A stretch of 64,000 nucleotides of DNA, taken from NCBI GenBank assembly GCA_963706285.1, contig CAVPLU010000003.1, positions 152,808-216,807 on the forward strand, written 5' to 3'. The notes beneath the pieces are model-generated. The model did not search any database. It was not told where the DNA came from and was given only the letters and a program-made list of their open reading frames with translations. Of this stretch, positions 28,864 through 38,467 are shown piece after piece. This DNA is from Candidatus Bathyarchaeota archaeon (GTDB taxonomy: Archaea; Thermoproteota; Bathyarchaeia; 40CM-2-53-6). Each line of letters begins with the position of its first letter. The stretch's first letter is position 1. The translations under genes were made by a program, and so were the position numbers.

Positions 28864-30413
28864 CCGAGGACGACGGAACAGGTTACCGCGCAGTTGCTTG
28901 GAACGAGCCTCTCATCTACCAACTAGGTAGGAAAGGAAGAAGAGGTTCCAAAACTGTTGGTGTCGAAGCCAAACTCAAAGCAAAGACTGTGAATGTCTCA
29001 TCAGAGATTCCAGAGTCGATGCGAAGAAGAGAATCTGCGAACCTGCCAGAGCTTTCCGAACCCGAGGTTGTAAGGCACTTTGTTCGCTTATCCCAGCAGA
29101 CCTTTGGAGTGGATTCAGGCGTCATCTTGGGCGTCGGCACTTGCACCATGAAATACAATCCCAAGATCAACGAGATACTTGCTAGATCCCCTAAACTGAC
29201 TGAGACGCACCCTCTACAAGACGCATCAACCGTACAAGGCACGCTCGAAGTAATGTATCGTCTCGAAAAATGTCTGTGCAATATTTCTGGAATGGATCAA
29301 TTCTCTTTGCAGCCACGAGGCGGTGCTCATGCAGTTCTCACCAACGCCCTCATAATGCGAGCATATCACAAGCTGAATGGAGAACTTGAACAGAGGAATG
29401 AAATCGTCACGCCGGTTTTGTCACATCCATGTAACGGCGGATCCCCTTCAGTAGCTGGATTCAAGGTCGTCACAATCTATCCAGATCCGGAAACCGGTAT
29501 TCCAGATGTTGAAGCCGTCAAGGCTGCAGTCTCTAGCCACACCGCAGGCATGACGATCACTGATCCTTACGACACAGGCATCTTCGATCCTAACATCAAG
29601 GAATACATCAAGATAGTCCATGAAGCAGGAGGACTTGTTGCCGTAGACCAAGCTAATGCTAACTCACTCTTTGGGAGATTGAGAATTGGAGATGTGGGCG
29701 CCGACCTTTGTCACTTTAACCTTCACAAGTCGTTTTCCACACCTCACGGATCACACGGGCCAGGAAGCGCTCCGATAGGAGTCAAGAAGCATCTTGCCAA
29801 GTTCCTTCCTGTTCCGACGGTGGGCTTCGATGGAAAGATGTACTACCTGGATTATGACCGACCACACAGCATAGGAAAAGTCACTGGATTTTACGGCACC
29901 ATACCGGCAGTTCTGAAAGCTTACGCTTGGATCATGACAATGGGCGCAGACGGATTGAAAGAGACGTCAGAAGTAGCGGTGGTGAACAACAACTATCTTG
30001 TACAGAACCTCATCAAAGTTCGAGGCGTGACTCTCCCCTGGGCAAAGAATCACCGTTGGAGACTGCAGGAAGCACGTCTCAGCTTGCAGAAGATGAAGGA
30101 GGACACAGGTGTGGGCATAGATGATGTGAACCGCAGGATCGTTGACTTCGGTATCCAGAAGTGTTTCCCGAGTCACGAACCTCTGATAGTCAAAGAACCA
30201 TTCACGCCTGAACCACCTGAATCGACCACGAAAGAAGACCTCGACAGGTTCGTACAGGTATTCCAGCAAGTCTCTCAAGAGGCATACACGAACCCTGAGA
30301 TCGTCAAGAAGGCGCCTCACAATTGTGCAATATCAAGGATCGACTCAAGCCCATCCAAGGATCCGTCTAAATGGGCGCTGACCTGGCGAGCCTACCTCAG
30401 AAAACAGAAGTGA
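28860..30413 (+). CDS. gcvPB: Glycine-cleavage P protein subunit 2, divergent
   Basis: LPELSEPEVVRHF, GTCTMKYNPK, PLP-lysine motif HFNLHKSFSTPHG; ATGA overlap with gcvPA. Confidence 0.88.
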   Translation: MTEDDGTGYRAVAWNEPLIYQLGRKGRRGSKTVGVEAKLKAKTVNVSSEIPESMRRRESANLPELSEPEVVRHFVRLSQQTFGVDSGVILGVGTCTMKYNPKINEILARSPKLTETHPLQDASTVQGTLEVMYRLEKCLCNISGMDQFSLQPRGGAHAVLTNALIMRAYHKLNGELEQRNEIVTPVLSHPCNGGSPSVAGFKVVTIYPDPETGIPDVEAVKAAVSSHTAGMTITDPYDTGIFDPNIKEYIKIVHEAGGLVAVDQANANSLFGRLRIGDVGADLCHFNLHKSFSTPHGSHGPGSAPIGVKKHLAKFLPVPTVGFDGKMYYLDYDRPHSIGKVTGFYGTIPAVLKAYAWIMTMGADGLKETSEVAVVNNNYLVQNLIKVRGVTLPWAKNHRWRLQEARLSLQKMKEDTGVGIDDVNRRIVDFGIQKCFPSHEPLIVKEPFTPEPPESTTKEDLDRFVQVFQQVSQEAYTNPEIVKKAPHNCAISRIDSSPSKDPSKWALTWRAYLRKQK

Positions 30414-30419
30414 CACGGC

Positions 30420-31550
30420 TTGGCCCACAGTTCAAAGTTGGGCCTAATCGTGAACCCGATCGCTGGCATGGGCGGCAGAGTAGGCCTCAAAGGCACAGAT
30501 GGAAAAGAGATCCTTGCCAAAGCCAGAGAGCTAGGAGCAACCCCAGTTTCTCCTACCAGGACAATCGAAGCCCTCAAAGAGATTGTTCCGATTGCAGATC
30601 GAATCGAACTGGTGACCTGCCCTCTCGAAATGGGGGAAGAGGAAGCTCTGAGCTGTGGCTTCGATCCGACAGTAATTGACAGGATAACAAAGGACGAAAC
30701 GAGCGCTGCGGACACCAAGAATGCTGCACGAGCGATGCTGAACTCTCAGGTCGATCTACTGCTTTTCGCGGGTGGCGACGGAACTGCTAGAGACATATGT
30801 GCATCGATCGATCAGGGTCTCCCTGCTCTTGGAATACCGACGGGTGTCAAAATCCACTCGGCCACATTTGCAGTTAACCCCAGAAGAGCGGGAGAACTGG
30901 CTGTGAAGTTCCTGCAAGGAGAAGCGCCACTGCGTGAAGCGGAAGTCATGGATATCGACGAACAAGCCTTCCGGAATGGGAGACTCTCGGCTGAACTCTA
31001 CGGCTATCTGAAAGTTCCGTACGAAATGGAACTAGTGCAATCTGCGAAGAGTGCAAGCTTCACGACACCTGATGAGGCAGCAAGCCAAGACCTGATCGCA
31101 CAGAATGTTGTAGAGAAGATGACGGACGACTACTACTATGTGCTGTGCCCAGGGACCACGGTGAAGGCGGTTGCAGATAAGTTAGGAATAACAAAGACGC
31201 TTCTAGGCGTCGATCTAGTTCACAAGGGGTCATTGCTTGCCTCCGATTTGAACGAACAGCAGTTGCTTAGACTCATCGATCAAAAGAAAGTGAAGATCGT
31301 AGTCTCGCCCATTGGTCGACAAGGTTTCATATTCGGTAGGGGAAATCCACAGATAAGTCCCGCAGTGATTAGGAAAGTTGGAAAGCAGAACATCCTCATC
31401 ATAGCGACTCGGAGCAAGCTTTCATCAATCGGTCTAGGTCGACCCCTGTTGGTGGATACTGGCGACGAGGAGACTGACAAAATGCTGTCCGGTTACACAC
31501 GAGTTGTCACAGGGTACAACGAAGAAGTAGTCCTGAAAGTGGCCTCGTGA
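30420..31550 (+). CDS. ATP-NAD kinase family (AcoX-like) protein
   Basis: IVNPIAGMGGRVGLKGTDG, AGGDGTARD, GIPTGVKIHS, GRGNPQIS. Confidence 0.87.
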   Translation: MAHSSKLGLIVNPIAGMGGRVGLKGTDGKEILAKARELGATPVSPTRTIEALKEIVPIADRIELVTCPLEMGEEEALSCGFDPTVIDRITKDETSAADTKNAARAMLNSQVDLLLFAGGDGTARDICASIDQGLPALGIPTGVKIHSATFAVNPRRAGELAVKFLQGEAPLREAEVMDIDEQAFRNGRLSAELYGYLKVPYEMELVQSAKSASFTTPDEAASQDLIAQNVVEKMTDDYYYVLCPGTTVKAVADKLGITKTLLGVDLVHKGSLLASDLNEQQLLRLIDQKKVKIVVSPIGRQGFIFGRGNPQISPAVIRKVGKQNILIIATRSKLSSIGLGRPLLVDTGDEETDKMLSGYTRVVTGYNEEVVLKVAS

Positions 31551-31616
31551 CCATGCTCGATGCACTGGTGTGCCGGCAATTGACTAGACGGCGAAACTCG
31601 GATCTTGATTGGGCAT

Positions 31617-32571
31617 TCAACGTGGATTAGAGTCTAGATTGCCTGAGCCGTGGTCTCTTAGTGTTTGAATGTAGTCTCTAATGCCCTTGTCCAGATCGAA
31701 TTTCGGTTCATAACCCAGTTCTGCTCTTGCTCTGCTAATGTTCAGTGGGCCTCTCACTGGTTCTGCTATATCCAATCCTGGTCCAAGCTCGAAGATCGAT
31801 CCCGGAATGACCTTGCCCACAATACTGGCCACATCTCTAAGGCTGTGCATTGCACCGAGTCCTATGTTGAAGAGGCTATGTTCCGTCTTTCCTACGAAAC
31901 ACGCTGAGATTATGGCGTCTGCGACATCTTTCACATACACCGTGTCGTATGTCTGGTCTCCGCCCACTGGAACCTTTGCAGGCAGCCCCTGCATGGGCTT
32001 CTCAACCACTTCCTTGATGGCGTCGAATCCCCTCCTGCTCTGGCCGGGTCCGTAGACTATCGGGAATCGGAGCGCGTTGAAGCCTATACCATAGTCTTGA
32101 CTGTAGACCAGTCCATAGTGTTCGCCCAAGAGTTTAGAAACTCCGTAGAGTGTGACAGGCTTCTGGGAATGCTCTTCATCGACGACTTCTCCCTCCCTTG
32201 TATTGCCATATACTGCGGTCGAACTCGCATACGTGACTTGAGATACATCCATCAGTCTCGCGGCTTCAAGAATATTCACAGTTCCTAGGATGTTGACGCT
32301 GAAAGCAGTTGAAGGTCGTTCTTTCGAGGCGGCCGTAAGCAGAGACGCCGTGTGTATGATATGTGTGATACCGAATTTCCTGATTGTATCTATGATGATT
32401 GAGAGGTCCTGAACTTCGCCTTTGATGATCCTAATTCTGTTAGCCAAGTCACGAATCCATTCGGTGTCCGGGGTCGGAATCGAACGCAACAGCTTCGCGG
32501 CCTCTGTTTACTAGTCCTCTAATGACATGCCCTCCGATGAATCCTGTTCCACCGGTTATCAAGACAGGCAT
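31617..32571 (-). CDS. NAD-dependent epimerase/dehydratase (frameshift in a G4/C4 run near 32470)
   Basis: [15 protein letters not shown] from ATG 32571 joins to the ORF with [22 protein letters not shown]. Confidence 0.87.
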
Positions 32572-32673
32572 TTCAAAGGTCACCAGTTCACGCGCGATTG
32601 AGTATTGCTACGCCAGATGCCGATCCTAGTGAGTGCATGATGCGAGTTGGCTACTCTGATCAACATTGCGATC

Positions 32674-33669
32674 TCATCGTCTTGGTGTCTTGGGCAATAT
32701 GTTCAGGAATCTCAATAGCTTCGTGAATCGCCTGTCCCTTTCTCTCGTCATGAGTTCAACATTCTTGTTGGTATAGTCGTAGAAGCCTTTGCCGGTCTTG
32801 ACACCCAACTCATTCCTTTCCACCATTTGCTTGAGCAGGTCAGGGGGTCGAAACTTTGGGTCACCAAGGTTTTCGTAAATGTACGAGTATTGAGAGAACT
32901 CAGTATCCAAGCCAAACATGTCCATGAGTTCAAGCGGGCCAACGTAGCAATATCGAGGACCCAGGTGGTATTTCCAAACCATGTCGATATCCTCGATACT
33001 TGCAACTCCCTTTTCAACAATAGATGCGGCTTCCACGAGCAAGGCCGTCTGCATCCTATTAACTAGGAAACCCGGCGTGTCTTTGCAGACCACCGGCCTC
33101 TTTCCAAGCGAAACCAAAAACTCCATCGCAGTCCTTACCGTTTCGTCTGACGTGCGATTCGAAGGAACCACCTCTACCAGAGGCAAAAGATAGGGAGGAT
33201 TCATCCAGTGAGTTCCTATTACCTTCTCAGGCCTTTGTGTTGCTGCAGCAATTTCGCTAATACGGAAGCTAGAGGTGTTCGATGCTAACACTGTATGAGC
33301 AGGGCATAGTCGGTCAAGTTCTCCGAAAACCCGTTTCTTCACATCAACTTTCTCCGGTGCAGCCTCAATAACGAGATCGACTCCTTCAGTCACCTCAGCC
33401 ATCTCCTGGGTTGCATGGATGCGCTTTAGACTAAGCTTGGAATCTTTGCCAGTCATGAGTCCAACTTGGACAAGCGATTTCGCTGACGAGGCAATTCTTG
33501 TTAGACCTTGTTGGGTCACGCTTGGATTGATATCTACTATGCGAACGTCGCGTCCGGCTCTTGCGCAGCTCAGGGCTATTCCGCTTCCCATTATTCCGAT
33601 TCCGACTATTCCAACACTTTTGATTCGCAACCTGATTGTGCCCCCTTGGATCATTGCCACTTCATTCAA
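32674..33669 (-). CDS. 3-hydroxyacyl-CoA dehydrogenase family
   Basis: GIGIMGSGIA, IEAAPE, ASNTSS, HWMNPP, PGFLVNR, GVKTGKGFY. Confidence 0.9.
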   Translation of the reverse strand: MNEVAMIQGGTIRLRIKSVGIVGIGIMGSGIALSCARAGRDVRIVDINPSVTQQGLTRIASSAKSLVQVGLMTGKDSKLSLKRIHATQEMAEVTEGVDLVIEAAPEKVDVKKRVFGELDRLCPAHTVLASNTSSFRISEIAAATQRPEKVIGTHWMNPPYLLPLVEVVPSNRTSDETVRTAMEFLVSLGKRPVVCKDTPGFLVNRMQTALLVEAASIVEKGVASIEDIDMVWKYHLGPRYCYVGPLELMDMFGLDTEFSQYSYIYENLGDPKFRPPDLLKQMVERNELGVKTGKGFYDYTNKNVELMTRERDRRFTKLLRFLNILPKTPRR

Positions 33670-33808
33670 GGCGACGATTTAATTCATTTTTCACGGAATA
33701 CGAATCCAGACCGGGAGAAAGCGATCCCTGAATCGTACAGAGGCAATACACGGGAAGGTCTTATATTCAAAAGTGGTCGCGTAAGTGGCTTTCTAAGAGG
33801 ATATCTTC

Positions 33809-35401
33809 ATGCCAGAAGAATCGAAGGTATTCGTTAGAACAGCATCAGGACTCGTCAGAACTATCAGCCCTTGGGGTGCTCTATCTCTAGCCTTTGTGAT
33901 GCCAGGCATTCTGAACGCCATTTACCTAGGAATGTGGGGCGCCGGCCTCTATCCGGACGCCTATGAACCTCCAGCAGTCTTCCTAGTGTTCATACTTCTG
34001 CCCGTCATGGCCGTGTTCTATCTCTTCTCAGTAGCAATGCCCCGCTCAGGCGGCGACTACATCTACGTCTCCAGATCACTCTCACCAGTACTCGGCCTCG
34101 TAACAAGCTGGACTTTCGTTGTGGTGTTCTGGTCTTGGGCTGGAAACGTGGCCATGCTCTCTTGGCTTTACGGGCCCGTGGTCGACTTCGTCGCTCGAGG
34201 CCAAATGACCGGCGACCAAGGACTAGTCAATCTCGGTCTACTGATCGCTAGCGACAAAACGATTCTGTTCACCCTATCCACACTCTCTACTATTGCCATG
34301 GGCGTGATTGCGTGGGCCGGAACCAAAGCCACTACAAGAACCATGTACCTCGTATGGGGAGTCTCCACAGTAGGGCTCATAGCGTATTGCATACCCTGGC
34401 TCACAATGCCCTCTCTAGACTTTTTCAAGACCAACATGCTGCAAATGACGGGCGTCGACTATGGCAACTTAATCGAAACCGCTAGAGGCGCGGGTTGGCC
34501 TGGCCAGTTCACCATTATGGGGACTATCTACGCGGGCGTTGTCTACGTCATGCTCAACACGTTAGGCAACCAAGCTGTCACTACATGTGCTGGTGAAGTT
34601 AAGGAAGTCAAGAGAACAACCTTTCTCGCACTCTTCGGATCCCTAGTGCTAATGGCCGTATACTGGTTCCCGCAGTACTACCTCGTATTCGAATATGCGG
34701 GCCGTGAATTCACAAGTGCATCTGCATTTCTCAATATCATAGGTCAAAACCAGTTCATAATTGAACCAACTTGGACCTATCTCGTCGCGTTTGCCACAAA
34801 GGACCCGACGCTTGTCGCTATCCAAGCTTGGGCATTTTGGCTGTCGGACTGGGCCATAGGGTTCGGATCACTGTTCTTCAGTACAAGAGCCGTCTTCGCA
34901 TGGGGTTTCGACAGAGTCTTCCCAAGCCTTGCCAACAGGGTTGACAAGAGAGGGACCCCTTGGGGTGCCGTGCTCATTGCTACTATCGGATGTGAGGTCT
35001 GGACTTTTCTCAATGTCTACCTACCACAGTACATCAAAGTCGTAGGATACTCGGTCACAGTGTGGGCAATCGGATGGGTGCTCATAGGAATCGCGGCAAT
35101 CGTTTTCCCCTATAGAAAGAAGAACATATTCGAGAAGTCTCCAGACGTTGTCCGAAGAAAAGTCGCAGGCATACCAACGATCGTCTACACAGGCGTACTG
35201 ACTCTCGCGATCGGCTTGTTCATGGTCTGGGCAACATTCGTCCCATCACTCTCAGGCTATCAGGCGTTCTGGCCACTATTGACGACTGTAATCATCTGCA
35301 TCGTCGCCCCAGTGATAATCTTCTACGCCTACTACATATACCGAACAAGAGTCGGCAAAGTACGAATGGACATACAATTCAAGGAGATCCCACCGGACTA
35401 G
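33809..35401 (+). CDS. APC-superfamily amino acid/polyamine permease
   Basis: FVRTASGLVR, MPRSGGDYIYVSR, about 12 TM helices, RAVFAWGFDRVFP, C-terminal FKEIPPD. Confidence 0.9.
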   Translation: MPEESKVFVRTASGLVRTISPWGALSLAFVMPGILNAIYLGMWGAGLYPDAYEPPAVFLVFILLPVMAVFYLFSVAMPRSGGDYIYVSRSLSPVLGLVTSWTFVVVFWSWAGNVAMLSWLYGPVVDFVARGQMTGDQGLVNLGLLIASDKTILFTLSTLSTIAMGVIAWAGTKATTRTMYLVWGVSTVGLIAYCIPWLTMPSLDFFKTNMLQMTGVDYGNLIETARGAGWPGQFTIMGTIYAGVVYVMLNTLGNQAVTTCAGEVKEVKRTTFLALFGSLVLMAVYWFPQYYLVFEYAGREFTSASAFLNIIGQNQFIIEPTWTYLVAFATKDPTLVAIQAWAFWLSDWAIGFGSLFFSTRAVFAWGFDRVFPSLANRVDKRGTPWGAVLIATIGCEVWTFLNVYLPQYIKVVGYSVTVWAIGWVLIGIAAIVFPYRKKNIFEKSPDVVRRKVAGIPTIVYTGVLTLAIGLFMVWATFVPSLSGYQAFWPLLTTVIICIVAPVIIFYAYYIYRTRVGKVRMDIQFKEIPPD

Positions 35402-35656
35402 CAACCGGTTGAATCTCACACGAATTGTGTGCCCCCTCATTTTCTTTACACTCTCCAGAGAGACCATTACGTTAGTTGCCGCTCAACGACATGTTTCCCG
35501 AGGACCAGTTCCAGAAGGGAGCAACCCAAAACGAAAGCGTCTGAAGAGACTGAGCGAAGTGGTCCAAGAGACTACGGCTGGCAAATCACAATTTTCTTAA
35601 AGGAGAGTATCCTGTCTCGCCTCCCTCCGAATTAGCGTGAACGGTGAATCTTCGAC

Positions 35657-36607
35657 ATGGACTACACGATACTCTTCGTGACAGATCTCCATGGATCCAA
35701 TGTCTGCCTCAAGAAGGCTCTGAACGGTGCGAAGATGTACAAGGCGAACGCCTTGGTGATCGGAGGCGACATAACCGGAAAGATGGTGGTGCCTATTGTG
35801 AAGCATCAGAATGACCACACCGCCGAATACCAAGGCACGAAATATGTCCTGAAGAGTACCGAGGAGCTTGATCGTCTCTGCCGAATAATTGGTGACTCAG
35901 GACACTACCCGTACATTACAGACGAAGAGGAAATGCTGCGGCTCCGAGGGAACAAGCAAGAGACAGACAAGATATTCTCGAAGCTCTCGATGGCCCGACT
36001 GAAGGAGTGGCTTCAGATTATCGAAGAGAGACTGAAGAACAGCGGTATAGAACTATACGTCACGGGAGGAAATGACGATTTCTTTGAGGTATCAGATGTC
36101 CTGCGAAGCTCCAACGCGATCATAGATCCCGAAGGTCGAGTCGTGTCAATCGGAGGTCATGAGATGATAAGCTCGGGTTATAGCAACATGACTCCATGGA
36201 AGTGCCCTCGGGACATACCGGATGAGGAACTTCAGAAGAAACTCGAGGAGATGGCGAGCCAACTGAAAGATGCGAAAACGGCGATATTCAACTTGCACAC
36301 CCCACCTTACGATACGCCGATCGATTTGGCTCCGGAACTCGATGAGACCCTTCGACCAAAAATGTCAGCTGGCGAGGGCGGCATGAAAATGATCCATGTA
36401 GGAAGCATGGCCGTGCGAAAGATCATAGACAAGTACCAGCCGCTCCTTGGTCTTCACGGGCACATTCATGAATCGAGAGGCGCGATCAAGGTCGGCAGAA
36501 CTGTATGCGTGAATCCAGGCAGCGAATACGCAGAGGGAGTCCTTAAGGGCGTAATGTTGAGACTGTCGAAGGATAAAATGCAGGACTATGTATTCTTCGC
36601 CGGATAG
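35657..36607 (+). CDS. Calcineurin-like metallophosphoesterase
   Basis: DLHGS, GGDITGK, GGNDD, HTPP, HGHIHE, NPGSEY. Confidence 0.88.
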   Translation: MDYTILFVTDLHGSNVCLKKALNGAKMYKANALVIGGDITGKMVVPIVKHQNDHTAEYQGTKYVLKSTEELDRLCRIIGDSGHYPYITDEEEMLRLRGNKQETDKIFSKLSMARLKEWLQIIEERLKNSGIELYVTGGNDDFFEVSDVLRSSNAIIDPEGRVVSIGGHEMISSGYSNMTPWKCPRDIPDEELQKKLEEMASQLKDAKTAIFNLHTPPYDTPIDLAPELDETLRPKMSAGEGGMKMIHVGSMAVRKIIDKYQPLLGLHGHIHESRGAIKVGRTVCVNPGSEYAEGVLKGVMLRLSKDKMQDYVFFAG

Positions 36608-36617
36608 GTGAGTCAAC

Positions 36618-37412
36618 ACGGATCAGGCAGACGAAGCCTTTGTCAGTGAAGCTCTTGACCTCTTGAAAAGAGCTGAGGATCAGGGCGTCAAACTCAGAAT
36701 CATGGGCGCGGTAGCCATACGACTGCACGCTAAGAGCATGCTTGAACAATCTGACGCGCTTATGAGAAAGATAACTGACATAGATTTCGTCGGATATAGC
36801 AAACAGGCAAACAAGATTGAGAAGCTAATATCTGATGAAGGCTACGACTCCCTAAAGGCACAGATCACACCTGGCCTGCTTGTGAATAGGCTGATCTTCG
36901 TCAGCAAGAAAGATCCCAACAGACACATTGACGTTTTCCTGGATGAACTCCGAATGTCACACACGATTGACTACAGAAACCAGTTGGACAAGGATTTTCC
37001 AACGGTCTCCTTGGCACACTTGCTGCTGCAGAAGATGCAGATTGTGAGAATAAATGAGAAAGACATCAAGGACACGCTGGTTCTTCTTCTAGAACACGCG
37101 ATCGGATACGACAACAAAGAGATGATAGATGACAAACTAATTGCGAAGACACTTGCGAACGATTGGGGCTTCTACTATACACTGACAACGAATCTGGGAA
37201 AAGCCAAGGCGTTTCTCGAAACGTATCAGCTTTCACCGGAGAAGAAAACCACGATTAGAGAGAGAATTGGCAGCCTGCTCCAAGCCATTGAAGCTGAGCC
37301 CAAGACTCTTCGCTGGAAACTCAGAGCAAGAGTTGGTACCAAACAGAAATGGTATGAGGAAGTGGAAGAAGTGGAGAGAGCAGCGCATCTGACTGAACTC
37401 AACGATTCCTAA
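36618..37412 (+). CDS. Nucleotidyltransferase-fold hypothetical protein (start uncertain: ACG 36618 or TTG 36663)
   Basis: IMGAVAIRLH, TDIDFV, IDVFLD, LLLQKMQI..NEKD; the frame is open back to 36612, with SD AGGTGA at 36606-36611. Confidence 0.7.
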   Translation, partial: TDQADEAFVSEALDLLKRAEDQGVKLRIMGAVAIRLHAKSMLEQSDALMRKITDIDFVGYSKQANKIEKLISDEGYDSLKAQITPGLLVNRLIFVSKKDPNRHIDVFLDELRMSHTIDYRNQLDKDFPTVSLAHLLLQKMQIVRINEKDIKDTLVLLLEHAIGYDNKEMIDDKLIAKTLANDWGFYYTLTTNLGKAKAFLETYQLSPEKKTTIRERIGSLLQAIEAEPKTLRWKLRARVGTKQKWYEEVEEVERAAHLTELNDS

Positions 37413-37487
37413 CGCCACTCTGCAAAGACGCCTCGACCCTTGCCTAAAACGGCGAATTGAGAAAACTAGTCTCCCAGGCTGCATTAT

Positions 37488-38399
37488 CTAGGCTTTCTCA
37501 ACGCGAGTCAAGAAATCGTTCAAAGCCTGAGAATATCGGTTGGGTTCCTCAAGGTGGGGCATATGAGCGCTATTCTCGAACATGACCCATTCCGAGCCGG
37601 CGATGCCACGATTTATTGTTCTCACGATCGCAGGTGTCGCCTCATCATACCGTCCTGAAAGCAGCAAGGTCGGAATGCGGATCTCGTCAAGGCGATCAAC
37701 TATGCTCCAGTTCCTGAGCGTTCCGATGACATGGAATTCACTTGGACCATTCATTGTGTAGTAGACCTCGGGGTATTGCTTGAGCTTCTCAAAGCTACGG
37801 TTGAGACACTCCGGCCATTCTTTGAGGCGACAAAGATGTCGTCGATAATACGCCAGTACAGCCTCCTGGTAGGCGGGGTCCTCGGTCGTGCCTGCTCTCT
37901 CATGTTCCAGGAGGGTCTGCTGGACTTCACGCGGAAGTTCAGCCCGTAGGCGATTTGCCTCGTCAACCCACTGGTGCATGTCAGCGATGGGATCAGAGAG
38001 AATCATGCTGGTTAGGCCAGGAGGGCGAGTTAGCGCGTATTCCATTGCTAGCATGCACCCCCATGACTGTCCAAGGATATGAACGCAGTCGAGTCGTAGG
38101 CTGCGGCGGATCGTGTCTAGTTCTGCTAGGAAGAGTTCAACTGTCCACATATTCGGATTGTGAGGATGATCTGAGTTGCCGCATCCCAGCTGATCGTAAA
38201 ATATGACGCGGCGTCCGGAAGCAGCCATCTCTCCGATCGGTTCCAAATAGTCATGTGGAATTCCTGGGCCGCCATGCAGACACAAGAGTGGTTTCTTGCT
38301 CGTTTCTTCCGAGTCTCCGACGATACGATACCAGACTCTGTATCCGCGAAAAGGAATGAAACCCTCCGTGATCGGAAGAGTCTCATTCATCTTGTTCAA
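37488..38399 (-). CDS. Proline iminopeptidase / L-amino-acid amidase family alpha/beta hydrolase
   Basis: HGGPG, YDQLGCG, GQSWG nucleophile elbow, GRYDEATP, SAHMPH. Confidence 0.9.
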   Translation of the reverse strand: MNKMNETLPITEGFIPFRGYRVWYRIVGDSEETSKKPLLCLHGGPGIPHDYLEPIGEMAASGRRVIFYDQLGCGNSDHPHNPNMWTVELFLAELDTIRRSLRLDCVHILGQSWGCMLAMEYALTRPPGLTSMILSDPIADMHQWVDEANRLRAELPREVQQTLLEHERAGTTEDPAYQEAVLAYYRRHLCRLKEWPECLNRSFEKLKQYPEVYYTMNGPSEFHVIGTLRNWSIVDRLDEIRIPTLLLSGRYDEATPAIVRTINRGIAGSEWVMFENSAHMPHLEEPNRYSQALNDFLTRVEKA

Positions 38400-38467
38400 G
38401 CACTGCCAGAAGATCTCAAGAAATCGTGTGACGTTACTACGATTTGGTCCCCGGCAGTCTCGTGTCG

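Noticed and set aside
35498-35530. GACCAGTTCCAGAAGGGAGCAACCC resembles SRP RNA helix 8
   Set aside because: The loop is AGAA rather than GGAA, the CAGG motif is broken, and the 255-bp gap lacks the long GC-rich helices of archaeal SRP RNA.
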